A stretch of 64,000 nucleotides of DNA from Macrostomum lignano (lineage: Eukaryota): positions 62,001-126,000 of the forward strand of contig NIVC01002472.1 of the NCBI GenBank assembly GCA_002269645.1, given 5' to 3'. The translations under genes and the position numbers were made by a program. The notes beneath the pieces are model-generated. The model saw only the letters and a program-made list of their open reading frames with translations, had not been told where the DNA came from and searched no databases. Below are positions 1-12,380 of this stretch, in pieces; the first letter of the stretch is position 1, and each line of letters begins with the position of its first letter.

Positions 1-126
1 TGTGCCAGCATTAGCTGAGGTAATTGAGGGTGCGTGTGCAGCGACCCCCCCCCCCAGGTACTCGGACTGAACAGCCGTACGCAGCCTTCAGATGCTGCGA
101 CTGAGCTGTCGGCTGCACATCTGCCC
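1..126 (+). mobile_element. 3' part of tRNA-derived SINE family A (head lies outside the window)
   Basis: GGACTGAACAGCCGTACGCAGCCTTCAGATGC...CTGAGCTGTCGG matches the copies at 48170-48420 (+), 59273-59520 (-) and 63084-63280 (-). Confidence 0.75.
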
Positions 127-184
127 ATAGTGACAGGTGTAATCAGTTATTATTTATGTTAAACTAACAAAACACTTCACTGAC

Positions 185-1381
185 CTTCTTCACGTCAGCG
201 TACACTGGCAAGCTCGTGTGCGCTTCTATTGCAACTGAAATAAAGAACAGAAAAAACACTTCTTAATTAGGTTATAAAATTTTAATTTTACTAAATGATT
301 CAGCGACGCTCACCAGATGCCTCCACTGCTTCTTCAATTTCTTCATCGTCCTCGTCATCCTCTTCCTCATCTTCGGCTGGATTTTGGTTACTGTCTTCCT
401 CCATCATTGACTGGATTCTGGCATATCTAGTAGGTAATATTGTTATGGAATATGGTATGATAAAATCATTTATTAGTTTTAAAGATGAGCAGAAACATAC
501 CCCGGTTCATCCATCAACTCGTCAATCGGTTCGGGCACTTCCTCCTTTTTTGCAACGGGAGGATTCTAGAATTTTTCAAAGTTATTTCCAATTGATTCAA
601 TTCATGGCATAGATGAGGTCAAGTTGCTTTTCTAACAAGAAGATGGGTTTATACTTGAAAGGTTTTTTCATATATTAATTAGGTAACCAACTGTTGTTAC
701 CCAAATGAGTTAAATACCATATAAACCATTTTTTGGTATGCCTTAAAATGCTTTGACTTATGTATGATATTGGAATAATAACTGTAAACATTTTATTTAC
801 TATATAACACTTACTATTGAACTTTTTCAAATTTAACATTCAATATTTTTTAAAATCATATAAGCATTGTGTTGCATGTATTACAATTTCTTAAGGATTT
901 ATATAGTAATTAGTTTGCCATTTAGAGATTATTTCGCATATCTGTTTTTATTTTCACAGTAAAAGATACTAAATGCTAAATCAAGTTATCATATTTGAAT
1001 GCACTGAATTATAGTTGTAGCTCTTGATAATGACATGGTGTATTTAAGGTCAAAGAAAAAGAGTTTAGCATATTTAAATTAAATTATTTATTTTTAAGAA
1101 CCTATTTAGTACACTTATAAATTAAACATAGGCGACTTCTCAAACTATTTTTAATAAATTGATGCATCCTGGGTAACTGCTGTTTGATTTTGGATAACTG
1201 CTGCTTGACTCCAACTAAATAAAGCCCACAAGCTTGATTTTTCACCTAAACCCTATTACTGTGCAATAATTTCTAAGCGAATGGGAATAATCTTTAAAAG
1301 AAACCAATTAAGACTTACTGCTGGTTCGGAAGGCTTCTTATGCCTTTTCATGCAATTGAATGGTGAAAGTTTCTGCGCCAT
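185..1381 (-). CDS. 5' exons of a spliced gene for an acidic protein of unknown function; continues beyond the window start
   Basis: Four phase-compatible GT-AG exons (1381-1319, 565-501, 426-314, 234-185) join without stops: MAQKLSPFNCMKRHKKPSEPANPPVAKKEEVPEPIDELMDEPGYARIQSMMEEDSNQNPAEDEEEDDEDDEEIEEAVEASVAIEAHTSLPVYADVKK. Donors are GTAAGT, GTATGT, GTGAGC and GTCAGT. Confidence 0.75.
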
Positions 1382-2977
1382 TTTACTGCAGTTAACACAA
1401 AATAAGCTTAGTCACTAGAGCACTTAATGGACAGCATAAACACAGTGATATGCGCGAAAATATTTAAAATCTGGAATGAAGAAACATCTTGTCCTAGTTA
1501 ACAATACAGAAATAAAAAAGAATTCGCAGTTTATTCCTGGTAACTACTCTAAACCGAATAGAAAATTTGTAAACAAGTTACTTTAACTGGTTCTAAACTT
1601 TAGAATAAAAAAATTATTTTAAATTTTATAGCACTACTAAAACAAGAAAGAATCACTCGGAAAATACTAAACAACAAATCGTAATCTGAGGTTTTGTTAA
1701 ACCTCCTTAACAAGATATGCTTCAAAGCCGCCTAAAATTTTAAATATATTACAGTTAAATTTATGATATACACAAAAAAATATGGGAAAAAAAACTTACC
1801 GCTACAACGGATACGAATGATATACAATCTATTTATAACCATGTCCAACAGGAAATGTATAGCTACAGTTTAATCTATGAACACGCCATGTATGTTATTT
1901 ATATACCGGTACAAAATGCATTGAATTCAATTTTAGAAGGCATCCCATATCCTTTAGCATTTTATGTTGCAAAATTGTCTAATATGCTACTTAGTTAAAC
2001 CACGTGAATCATTAAATATACGTAATTTGATAGTATTACAATTATTTAAACGTATTGCAATTGATGCATGTAACCGCCTTGATTGACCGTCTGCTCAGCG
2101 GGGAGGAGAGCGACTGTGACCAAGGTGCCAATGACCGTAGGTTGCCTATGAATTACGGGCAATAACCTGACGGACCTCCAGCACCAGACTGTCTCGCCCA
2201 CATGATTGGTAGCTTTGGTAGCGCTTTCGTGACCAGAGGGCCAAAGGACCCTGCACACGGACCCCACCTATAGCCAAGGTGCAATATAATTGGTAACCTT
2301 GGTCATAGTATGGATCATACCTGGATCTTACGACCAGACCTTTCGAGGCTAGAGCCCCGCCTGGATTGGTTACTGGGGGATTTAGGCTAACAGGGGAGAC
2401 GCATGCAGCCGAGTACAGGGACTTTGCTTGGGGCATATTCGGGAACTCTGGGCTCAATCTGGAGGATTTCTCAGCAGTAGTGGATCCTTTGTGGTTGTGA
2501 ACGAGTCGGACTTGCGGCTTCAATTTATAAGAGTAGTGTGAGGCGAACATGTACTGTCTATAGTTTAGATTGCTCAGGGCGAAGGGACGTGTAAGCATGG
2601 GTTTGCAACCTTCCTGCTACCATTCTGTGCCATGACCCGCTAATCCCTCCACTGCACGCACACACAGGCGGGCTTTGCACGGGGAGAGGCCATTAGCTTA
2701 CGGGTCCAAAATTCCTTATGCTTTGCCACCCAGAGAGAAAGGCTTAGCAAGCCATGGATGAAAATGGTGAAAGTGCGAAAAATGAGGAATTTAGTAATGG
2801 TTAATAATTAGGCCCTTAGGCAAAATAATCAGGCAATTAGGCGGCTTCACTATTGAATAAATACAGCAAAGATACGGTAACACAATTGGCTCAGCTCTCT
2901 AATCAAGCAATGGGAAATAAGCAAACCCCGGATACGCAAAGGCAATTAGAGTACAAATCATTCCATGAACCGCAGCT

Positions 2978-2982
<5 letters not shown>

Positions 2983-3037
<55 letters not shown>
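2983..3037. repeat. (AG)n microsatellite
   Basis: Perfect GA dinucleotide run. Confidence 0.95.
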
Positions 3038-3040
<3 letters not shown>

Positions 3041-4753
3041 TGTAGTGACCGGGGGCGGCTGTAGACTGCAGTCAGGCAGGCAGTGAAGCGGCGATGCGCT
3101 GAAGCGACGAGCGCTGATGCAGCTCAGGCGATGCTGAGGATGCTGGGCGGTATCAGACCGCGGGCTGGCAGGTGAGCTCGCTTGGGGAGCTTAAGGAAAT
3201 TGGCGGTATCAGACCGCGGTCCTACATGTATAGACGAATGGGGGTTCAGACCGGCGTCTGACGGCAAGTCCAAAGATAGGACGAGAAGGACCTAAGTCGC
3301 AAGAGATAAGAGTTATAAGGGTTCTCACGCCGAAAATCGCTTGACATTAAATAGTCCTCACGGCCGCCGCGATGACTCCCTCTCTTTGATTGGCTGCCGG
3401 GAAAATGACGTCAGAATGAGTCATGATGAGAAATATGAGAACGGCATAGCAACATCAGAAATGGGAAAATTGCGCAATCCAGAGAAGGGGTGGGGGGAAA
3501 ATGAGCACAGCGGGGGATCGAAGAAGTGTTGCGCAAGCAAACATTGAGAAACAATGGGATCCAGACCGAGAACAAAGGAAATTGAAATCGGGGATAATTG
3601 GGGAGAAACAAGAACAATAGAAAAGTAAACATTGAAGAATAGGTGCTAATTAGGTGCGAAAACGAGAACAAAAGAATTAAAAACGAGAATAATAGGAGCG
3701 GAGGAGGGGTGGGTGTCACATGAGAAATTTGAGAAGAGAACAATAGCATGAGAAGAGAGGGGTGATGAGTCATCGGGGTGAGGAAGGGGTCAGAAGCCTT
3801 GCGTCATCTTTGGGATTCTAAAAGGAGATGGGGCGATGGTGAGCACAGCTGCAATACTGTATGTAAGCACGGGTTGAGAAGTGGGCTGCGCAAGAAAAAC
3901 GGGCTAGAACATGATGAGAAACATGAGAAACATGAGAAGTACATGATACATGGTGTGGGGCGCGTGAAAAATGGGGAAGGCAGACGAGGTGCACGAAAAA
4001 AGGGGCTCCGGAAAGGCACGCGTGGCTGAGTGGGAGACGGAACCGAGACAGCAGGGGGACGCGACAGAGCGGGAGTCAGTTGGCCTGGTCAGGGACCCGG
4101 CCCAGTCTCTACAGCTCTGCCTGGTGGGTCAAAGGATATCTGTGAGATTCCCCCACCAGATCCCGCGACCAGAGCGTGGTTACATCACCATGGATAAAAT
4201 TTACATGTACATGTGCATGTGTTTTTCACTAATTTTTACTAAAACTTTAGCCGATAATAATTTATTCACATGTGGTTAAGTAATTTGAACACTTTTTTTG
4301 CAAAGGACATTTTTTCAATATTATCAAAACATGCATGTTTATTAGTACAATGGGTCAGTTGCAGAGTGTCCATGCATACACATAAACAATGCATGTGCAG
4401 GTACATATAGATTTACCGTGCGTACATACATATATGTAGCTTACAAGGTATATTTTATCTAAAGGCTCAAGACACTTTAAAAACGTTAGCTTAGTACATC
4501 TTGTATCATATGTTGTAAATGGTAGCTATATACTGTGACGATCATTTTAATTTTAACGAATTAACAAAGAGACGGTTCGCGTTGTTGAACCAGCGTAAAT
4601 ACACGTATATTTACGTACTGCATAGGCTGAAGTAAATCAATTCATGCAATTATGCTGCTAATACTTGAGAATACAAATATATTAAACCACCATACAAGCA
4701 TCCAAGGCTAAAGACACCAAAGTAAAGATATGTGCTTTTCTATGTGTACATAA

Positions 4754-4819
4754 GGGTTAGCAAAATGAGCGGCAACGCCTCCTCGCTGTTTCCGGACTGC
4801 AGTTAAGTCAAGTAAGTCA
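4754..4819 (+). mobile_element. 66-bp 3'-end-only insertion of the LOA/R1-type LINE family
   Basis: GGGTTAGCAAAATGAGCGGCAACGCCTCCTCGCTGTTTCC matches the LINE 3' end at about 26886-26925. It has a TAAG(T)-type tail and a 12-bp TSD ATGTGTACATAA (4742-4753 / 4820-4831). Confidence 0.85.
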
Positions 4820-5250
4820 ATGTGTACATAAAGTACTGTAAATCTTCAGCAATGTTCTAACAGGTAAAAATTAAAACCTTAGTTAAGAGGACAAGTAAGA
4901 GCGTTATGTTGTGCTAGAAAATTCGAGCTTACTACAGACAGCGAATTCTATCACTGTCTCTATAACGAGCAGTTTGCCTCGGCACTCCTGCTCAAAGCTC
5001 AAAACATAACGCGGCCCGTCAGCCAACAATCAGCGGCTTATGGCGAGTGGTCACTGCTGCGCAGACAAATAAACTGGCTTAAAAAATTAGAGAAATGTTT
5101 CAAATGGATTTCACCCACCTCAATTATAGATTGAATAACTCCCACAAAAAAAAACTGACGAAAACCAAAAACCCAGTATAACGTACATGTACTTTAGTAA
5201 AACTAAAGCTGTTTGTTAAAGTCTAATCAGTAAGGTTCAGAAGTTGAAAT

Positions 5251-6846
5251 TTAAACTGATTGATTGCTGCGCGCAGTCATCATTCCGCCTTGCCTGTCTT
5301 TAGGCTTAATTTTCAGCTTTAAGCCTCGCACAACTGGGTTTGGATGGAACTGAAACTGCCCGGTCAGAAAATCGCTGAACTGGGAATCCGTTTTGCAGAA
5401 TTCAGCGGTCCTCTTGACGCAAGCCGGTTCGCCTTCAATGGCTAGCACAAAGCGCTCGATGGGCCTCTTAAAGTAGAACTTAAATCGAAGACTTGGCACA
5501 CCGGGATCCGATGGAATCATTCCTTGGATGTCAACCATTCGGTCCTGGAGTCGAGACTCCACTTCTGAGACCACATCATCGTTGTCAAGGTCGCAATCAG
5601 TGGCGATCAGGTGGACTTTGGTGACGCATCCAGCTGGCTTCCAGCTCATGGCCGTCTCGTTTGAATGGGCACCAGTGTCCGTCAGCTGTGAAATGTCGGG
5701 CAGGGAAATTGGCGGCGGAGATCCTGTGGCAAATGGCCGGATATCATTATCGAAGCGGCCACTCAAATCTGCAGAAATTCGCTTCTTCGGGTTCCAATCC
5801 AGCAGCTGGTCGATCAGCTGCCAAAGTTTCGGGGCCGTTTTCCTGTCCCTCAATGCCGGGAAGACGCACATGTCGGTGTTGAGCAGCACTCGCGGTTGCC
5901 CTGGGTTAGTCGAGTGGTCAATGCACATCGCGCGCCTATCAACCTCAGTGAATCTGGGCAAGGTGCTCAGAAATTTGTCGGCAAATACTTTCGATGCGTC
6001 GAGCCGGTGTTCGTGCATTCGTCCGGTGTAGTAGCATACAAACGGCTCTTCTCGAAACAGTAGTTCGCACATAAACAGCCCAAATGAAAACCAGTCTGCA
6101 GCAAATCCGTAGTCTGTCTTACCGTCGGAATCGATGGTCAGGTACAGTTCTGGAGCGCGCCACCAGGTTGTTCCCATCTTTGCCGTCATCCTGGGGTTGA
6201 TGTCTCTGCAGTCCTCAAAGTCGCACAGTTTGCAGAGGGTCTTTTCATTGAAAAGTAGCACGTTGTAACTTTTCAAGTCTCGATGAATCATGCCTTGCTT
6301 GTGAAGGAACTTTACAGCACCTTGAATTTGCACAATAAAACTGAAACAATGGTCTTGGGTGTAAAAAGAATTGACTTCCGGATCGGATCCCAACGGCTGA
6401 TCATTTAAATGAGTTCGGCAGTCGGTCCTACGATGCAGAAGATGTCCGAGACTGCACTCTCCTTGCTCAAGTATGACAAATGGGCCGCAGATGCTCGAAT
6501 TCTGCAAGTACTCTCCTACACCGAGAGCCATCACGAACCAGTTTTTATCGGGTTCAAGCTGAGCGAGCTTGCGCAGTCTCTTGAGCTCGTTATCGCGTCT
6601 TCTTTTCGCATCCGCCCGACGCTCTTCTTCCGGCCCATTCACGAACAGTTTGATGACCACCGTCTCACCCTTCCTAAACTTGTTAGATAAGTCGACGTTG
6701 TTTTGCGGCAGATTTCTCTGAAATCCCTCTGGAGACCAGTCTTTCAAGAGTTCAACGACGTACAGCCTAGTGTTGCATTGATTGCTGGATCTGATTATTT
6801 CTCGCTTGTGCTTTATGTCTTGAGTAGTAAGTTCGTTAAATACCAT
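5251..6846 (-). CDS. Divergent protein kinase (TKL/MAP3K-like), single coding exon, 531 aa
   Basis: Motifs VVIKL, HRDLKSYN, DFE (DFG position), GTTWWRAPE and DWFSFG. The ATG at 6846 follows a splice acceptor (TTTCTATTTTAG), so the track's upstream Met is probably intronic. A candidate 5'UTR exon with AG/GTAAGT ends lies at 7435-7384. Confidence 0.9.
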   Translation of the reverse strand: MVFNELTTQDIKHKREIIRSSNQCNTRLYVVELLKDWSPEGFQRNLPQNNVDLSNKFRKGETVVIKLFVNGPEEERRADAKRRRDNELKRLRKLAQLEPDKNWFVMALGVGEYLQNSSICGPFVILEQGECSLGHLLHRRTDCRTHLNDQPLGSDPEVNSFYTQDHCFSFIVQIQGAVKFLHKQGMIHRDLKSYNVLLFNEKTLCKLCDFEDCRDINPRMTAKMGTTWWRAPELYLTIDSDGKTDYGFAADWFSFGLFMCELLFREEPFVCYYTGRMHEHRLDASKVFADKFLSTLPRFTEVDRRAMCIDHSTNPGQPRVLLNTDMCVFPALRDRKTAPKLWQLIDQLLDWNPKKRISADLSGRFDNDIRPFATGSPPPISLPDISQLTDTGAHSNETAMSWKPAGCVTKVHLIATDCDLDNDDVVSEVESRLQDRMVDIQGMIPSDPGVPSLRFKFYFKRPIERFVLAIEGEPACVKRTAEFCKTDSQFSDFLTGQFQFHPNPVVRGLKLKIKPKDRQGGMMTARSNQSV

Positions 6847-8309
6847 GCTGCAGCCTCTTCTAAAATAGAAAGTTATCAGAAATTGAGATACTTTGCAATT
6901 TGAATCAATGCATGTACATGTACGTAACTTACTCGTATGATATACACTATACATGTATAAAGGTTACTCATCAATACCTACTAATCTTTTTGACTTTACT
7001 GATGAACCTCGGTATACATATGTAATATAAGCACGTATTTTCCAGTAATATACCACGGTAGACTATGTCTTACCAAATAAATATCCTGTCAGCTTGGCTC
7101 TCAAGGAAAAACAAGCAAAGAAGAGCAGTGGCAACGTTTTGCGACGAGTGTGTTTGGACAAAAAGTGGAACTTCGCATGTTTAAAAAAGCTTGGGGCAGA
7201 AATGTTTTTCTGCCCGTGGTGAAGGCATTGTGCGCTTGTGCGCTTGTGGACAGCACTAAAAATTTCTGACTATTCTACGAGCGTAGATTGAATGTTCAAT
7301 TTCAAAAAAAGTTCTTTGCGCTCATGGTAAATTTGTGTGAAGTGTGTACATTGGAATGGGATATTACGAGTACATGGACTTACCATGGAATTTCCATGGA
7401 ATTTACAGCCCAGAACTAGAGAGAAGGACGTCCGTCTGCGAACAAGTATAACACGCAGTGTTTTGGCATTATTTGGCTAAGGAGCATTATTATAACTAAT
7501 ATGAAAAGTACGACTTAAAACAATCAGGAGGAGGAAAAAAACAATAGAATTATTGATTACAATAACCAATGTTAATTTTACACGCCGTTTAAATACGTAC
7601 TATATCTTTCTCGTATAATCATGCGTATGGGGATTAGAAATTAGAAAAAGTCTGAGCAAATAAAAAGGTTCGCTAAAGGGCAAAGTAAGAAGCAAAAATC
7701 AGGGGGCGAAATTTCAATTTTGAGATAAGATACTTAAGTAAAAGAAATTAAAAGAACGGCAAGAAAGCGAAATAAATCATAGATTTGATAAGAACTTAAC
7801 TGTCACTTTCCCCCAAGATTTCAGACCAAACGAGATGACTTCAAAGCCGGCCGAGGTAACAGGCAGAGTCAGTCGGCGCGGTGCCAGGAGAATCGATACA
7901 GCAAGATACCCCGACTGGCGGGCGAGATAGAGCGATGGTCAACAGGCCAAGGGCAGCGGTGACGTACGTGGATCGGCCCAGGGAGCGAAAGCACGACTCA
8001 CCGAGGGACGCACGGGTGGTCTGAGGTGCAAATCGACTCGAATAATGAACCCTGAACTGACCTTTAACCATCGCCTGATGCGACCAACTACCAGATATTA
8101 AATTATCTCTCTCGCCCCGTAGCAACGTGCTAATCTAATATTGCTGCGTCTGTTTTGGCACCCCGCCGTTGCTAATCAGCGGCGAGGGATGACGTGTATC
8201 TAAAAATCTATAAAATAGACACGTCCTCGGCCCCGAAATGGGGCTCAAAAAGAAAGACCTTAAGTGATGGTTAGAACTCCTGTGCAGTTCATTCAGATCC
8301 AGCGACTTA

Positions 8310-9697
8310 TACTCAGCAACAGTCAAAAGTTCCACACTCCAAGCGAGATGGAATTTTTCTCACTTATTGTCACTTGGGGGGCTTGGGTCTGTGTAATGGT
8401 ACAAAACTGCGTAACTTTAAGAGGACAAATGTTCAGTCTAATCCACACACACACGATTTCAAAAATGGTCCAGCAAATGATTAATGCTGAACGATGGCGT
8501 GCTGTTGGAATGCTAGAAGTCGGTCTGTCCATCAGCGAAGTTGCTTGCAGATTTGGAAGATCGCGAGCGGCAATCCGAAAACTGCTGACAAAGTCCCGTG
8601 AGACTGGCAGCGTGGAGCACGCTGCGAAAGGCAGTCAGCGCCTTGATCTCCGTGGCTCAACAGCCAGAGCAAATCGCCGTCTGCCGCGAATAGTAAGGCG
8701 AACTCCCACCCTGCCAGTCACCCTGCTCCGTCTGATGGGGGGTGAGAGAAGCAGAGCAGGAAACATCCTGAGCGCCCAGACAGTTCGACGTCGAATTCGG
8801 GAGGCCGGCCTCCGCTCTCGCAAGATGCGCAAGCGGCCTCGACTCAGTCCTGCCCACATCGCCAGCCGAGAGCAGTGGGCGATGCAGCGCGTCCACTGGA
8901 GGCATGCAGCAGCAGTGGCGATGCGTTGTTTTCACTGACGAGAGCCGGTTCTGACTTTTCCAAGCATATGGTCTCACCCGCGTTTGGCGAGAACCGCGGC
9001 AGGAGATGCTGCAGCAGCATGTACAGTGCGCTGAGAGCCAGGCTGCCTCAGCTCAGTGCACGTTTGGGCCGGCATCTCGCTACATTCAAGGACGGATATC
9101 GTCTTCCTGGATGCCAACGTGAACGCTAATAGCTACGCAGATCATCTGCAGACTCGGTTCCTACCGTTTGCCGATGCTGCTTTCGGAGGAGTTGGCAACT
9201 GCATTCTCCAGGATGATAACGCGCCCCACACCGAGCCGATGCTGTTGGTCAAGTGAAAGAGCTGCTACAGATCCGCACTCTGCGCTGGCCTTCCCGGTCC
9301 CCAGACATGAATCCAATCGAGCATGTCTGGGACTTTCTAAAGCGCAGCATTCGAAAAGAGAATGCACAACAGAATGTTGCGGAGCTACGTCACGCCATTG
9401 CAAACGCTTGGCAGCAGCTTCCCCAGGACTTTCTGCGCCGCCTCATCTTGGGGATGCCACGCAGAGTCGCCGCTCTTCTGCGTGCGAGGGGATTCCACAC
9501 GCGGTATTAAGCATTGCGATTCTAACTGCATATGACATAAAAAATAAACTTGTGATTTTGTGCGACTGGCGTTTAATATTGATTCAATCACTCTTCCCTC
9601 CTCGCGGCGTAGTTGCGTAACTCGCGGGTTGAATTGTGAGCGAGGAGTTATCTCTGACTAGGCGCGATAGGGGTGGAACTTTGACTGTTGCTGAGTA
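8310..9697 (+). mobile_element. Tc1-like DNA transposon with frameshifted transposase
   Basis: TIRs TACTCAGCAACAGTCAAA(A)GTTCCAC and TA TSD on both sides. The transposase from ATG 8477 to 9510 is in three frames (AERWRAVGM; TDES..F; QDDNAP; WPSRSPDMNPIEHVW). Confidence 0.95.
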
Positions 9698-11163
9698 TAT
9701 GTTTGTCCTTTGAGCTAAAGGCACAATTTGTAGCCAACCGGTTGACGATCTCGGTTGTGAGATCTTTTAGGCTTAAGAATTAGTTAGAACGGAAGCACAT
9801 AAGAGACCAACTTAGGTAAAAGTCAGTAAGGCCTAAAAGAAGACTTACAATGCGGTAAAACAAAAATTGAATACTCAATTGTACTCATTAATATACATAT
9901 CCTGGGGCAAAATCGCATACAAATAATTGTTTGGAAGGAGTGGAATAGTTGACTTTTGTACGTATAAGGCTAGTAGCCAGTGTGATGTACATCGCTGTAG
10001 CACGCGAGTTAAAGACCCCATTTTTTAGCTCTTCCCCCAACCTCAATCGATCTATTATGCAATATTCACTTTACTTATAATTGAGTCTGACACCCATCAC
10101 CCTATGTCATGACTAACAACTATCTGACTGAAAAATATTAAGCTCAAGCTACCACGTTGGGGAGGCAACAGAGTTGGGAAATTTTTTAATTGACGGTTAA
10201 AAAAGCATCAGCCCTAGCTACCTGGCCTAAGATGGCCCCTTTGAGCCTTACAGATTCAGACAGATTCAAGCCTACTGACAGCGAGTTTTACTAGTGGCCT
10301 ATTCGAAAGCCTCACAATTCAAAACAGTAAATGTTCCTTACATCTACGTACATGCATTTATTGGTTCAGACAAACAAAAACAATTTACTTGCAGCGCGTT
10401 TAGGGAAAACTTTTGTGGATTTGACATACACATGTAGTTGTAGCTACCGTGAAACTACTGAGAGAGTAGTTTTTCTCGTGATAGCTAGCCGAAAAAATAA
10501 ACAAAAATTGTATCATTTTTATAATTTCTTTACTCTGGCGTTTACTATATAACTTAAATCTAAATCTTCGAATCTATAATTATTACCTTTATTTTGAGCG
10601 TAAACGTTTCACTACGGGTGTCGTCATCCAACGTCGGTGAGAGGAGAGCCACGTATCCAACGCTTATTGACGTTTTACTTTAGCCACAATGACGTTTGGC
10701 CAACGTATAATGTCGCCATCAACAATGGAACGTGAAAGACCCATTTACTCGCGAAGTCTATCGGAATGTTGCGCGGGCAGCAAAACTACGAAAATATCGA
10801 CTTAGATCGTGGTCAAGAAAATTGAATGCAGCTTATAAACGTACTCATCATCCAGTGGGTAAGGCTGGAACAATCTAGATCGTCAATATCGCTGATGATA
10901 CCAAGTCAATCATCCAAGGGTGCAAAAGCTTCCCAAGGCCATTACAAGCGATGGAGCTGGAGAGAGCAGATGTCCTTGCAAAAGATATGATCTATTAAAA
11001 AATATTATTTTAGGTATTGTAAAACCGTTTTAAAATACGAGAGTCGGGTCAACCGACTGCTGCTTCTGGGTTTCAATAGAACAATAGCTACTTGACTGAC
11101 GAACACGCGTATTATTTACTCGAAAGTATAAAAACTTTGACTGACCAAGACTGACGTCGGCCA

Positions 11164-11214
11164 CAAGGACAACTTAAGTAGTCCTTCTATATAACGTAAC
11201 TTCAGTTGTCCTTG
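11164..11214. mobile_element. 51-bp micro-MITE (hAT-type TSD)
   Basis: 11-bp perfect TIR CAAGGACAACT and 8-bp TSD GTCGGCCA (11156-63 / 11215-22). Confidence 0.8.
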
Positions 11215-12015
11215 GTCGGCCAATGAAACTCAGCAGGGCATTTGAGTAGCGAAACTTAATGAATTTTATCCTGAGCCCAATTGCATGTACGCTCGTACCA
11301 ACTGACACGTTGCAACAGCTGGGGAATCAACGAGCATATCTGCTGCAATTTTCGTCGCAATCCAGCTCTCTTTGACGCCAGTTACTTAAAATAAATCAAG
11401 ATTTCGCGGGAAAATTTAATCAAAGAGCGAAACTGCAATGCCCACAGGAATTGGCTGCAAAATGGTTTGCATGTAGCTACCTCGAAATCTTGAGGCGAAA
11501 TCTTTGCGATTGCCGTTTTCACCCTCGGACTGAATATTTTCTTGTGTCTGTCTTTCGGCTCTGTTTCATTTTTTCAAGGTATTCCTAGCGGTCAGAAGTG
11601 TAATTTGAGTATCTCTTTAGTGTTCCTCTACACAGAGTTATGCATTCTGTGAGCTAGAATTGATAAGATGATTGTTGAGGAGGGTAAACTTATTGCTAAA
11701 AGCAGCTGGCTTTATGAAGCATTGAAGCATTTTAACCAAACATAGTATGCACGTATTTGGGATGATCTTCTTAGATTTTCCTGTTCGTCACAACGAACAT
11801 ATTATCAAGGGAAAATATCATCAAAGGGAGATGGCCTGCTGTACTAGCTCTACGTGCACACCGTGTATCAATTGAAAAATGCCTGTCTTCTTTGGGGCAA
11901 GCAGACTTATCATTTCTGACTCCAATATAGACCCCTCATCGCAGCAGAAATTTTGAATTTCAAGGCGAAAGTACAAAGTAGTTCAAGGTACAATGTATGG
12001 TAAAGTTCGAAGGGG

Positions 12016-12380
12016 GCGGGGCCGTAGCTTAGTAGTCTAGCGGAGCGCTCTGTTGTGCCAACGGTTCAGGCTCGATTCAAAGTGCATGCAGTAACCTTCA
12101 TTCGATTGAATCTCGGCTTTGGTCTGCTTGTGCAATTAACGCCTTTGAGGGCCAACCCCAAAGGCACAGTGAAGTGTACATGTCTAACGATAAATAAAGT
12201 TAGGGCCGCTGTACACTTCTGTGTGAGTGTGTGCCTGTGTGTGTGACTGTGTACGAATCCGCGCGCTTGTGTGCCTGCTCAGGGGAGTCGGCAGAATGGG
12301 CAGCAATGCCTCTCGTCGATTGTGTGACAATGTCGCTCAAAGTGCGCCAGGGTGCACACGGAATCCTGCCTGTGACTTCA
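12016..12380 (+). mobile_element. tRNA-derived SINE family B
   Basis: A-box-like TAGCTTAGTAG and B-box-like GGCTCGATTC. The body is homologous to the inverted copy at 19250-19610. Confidence 0.75.

Noticed and set aside
295-612. Plus-strand poly-Ser ORF (105 aa)
   Set aside because: It is the antisense shadow of the Glu/Asp-rich minus-strand exons, which have proper splice sites.
7803-8124. Possible solo LTR (TG...CA block)
   Set aside because: There is no TSD, second copy, PBS or PPT in the window.
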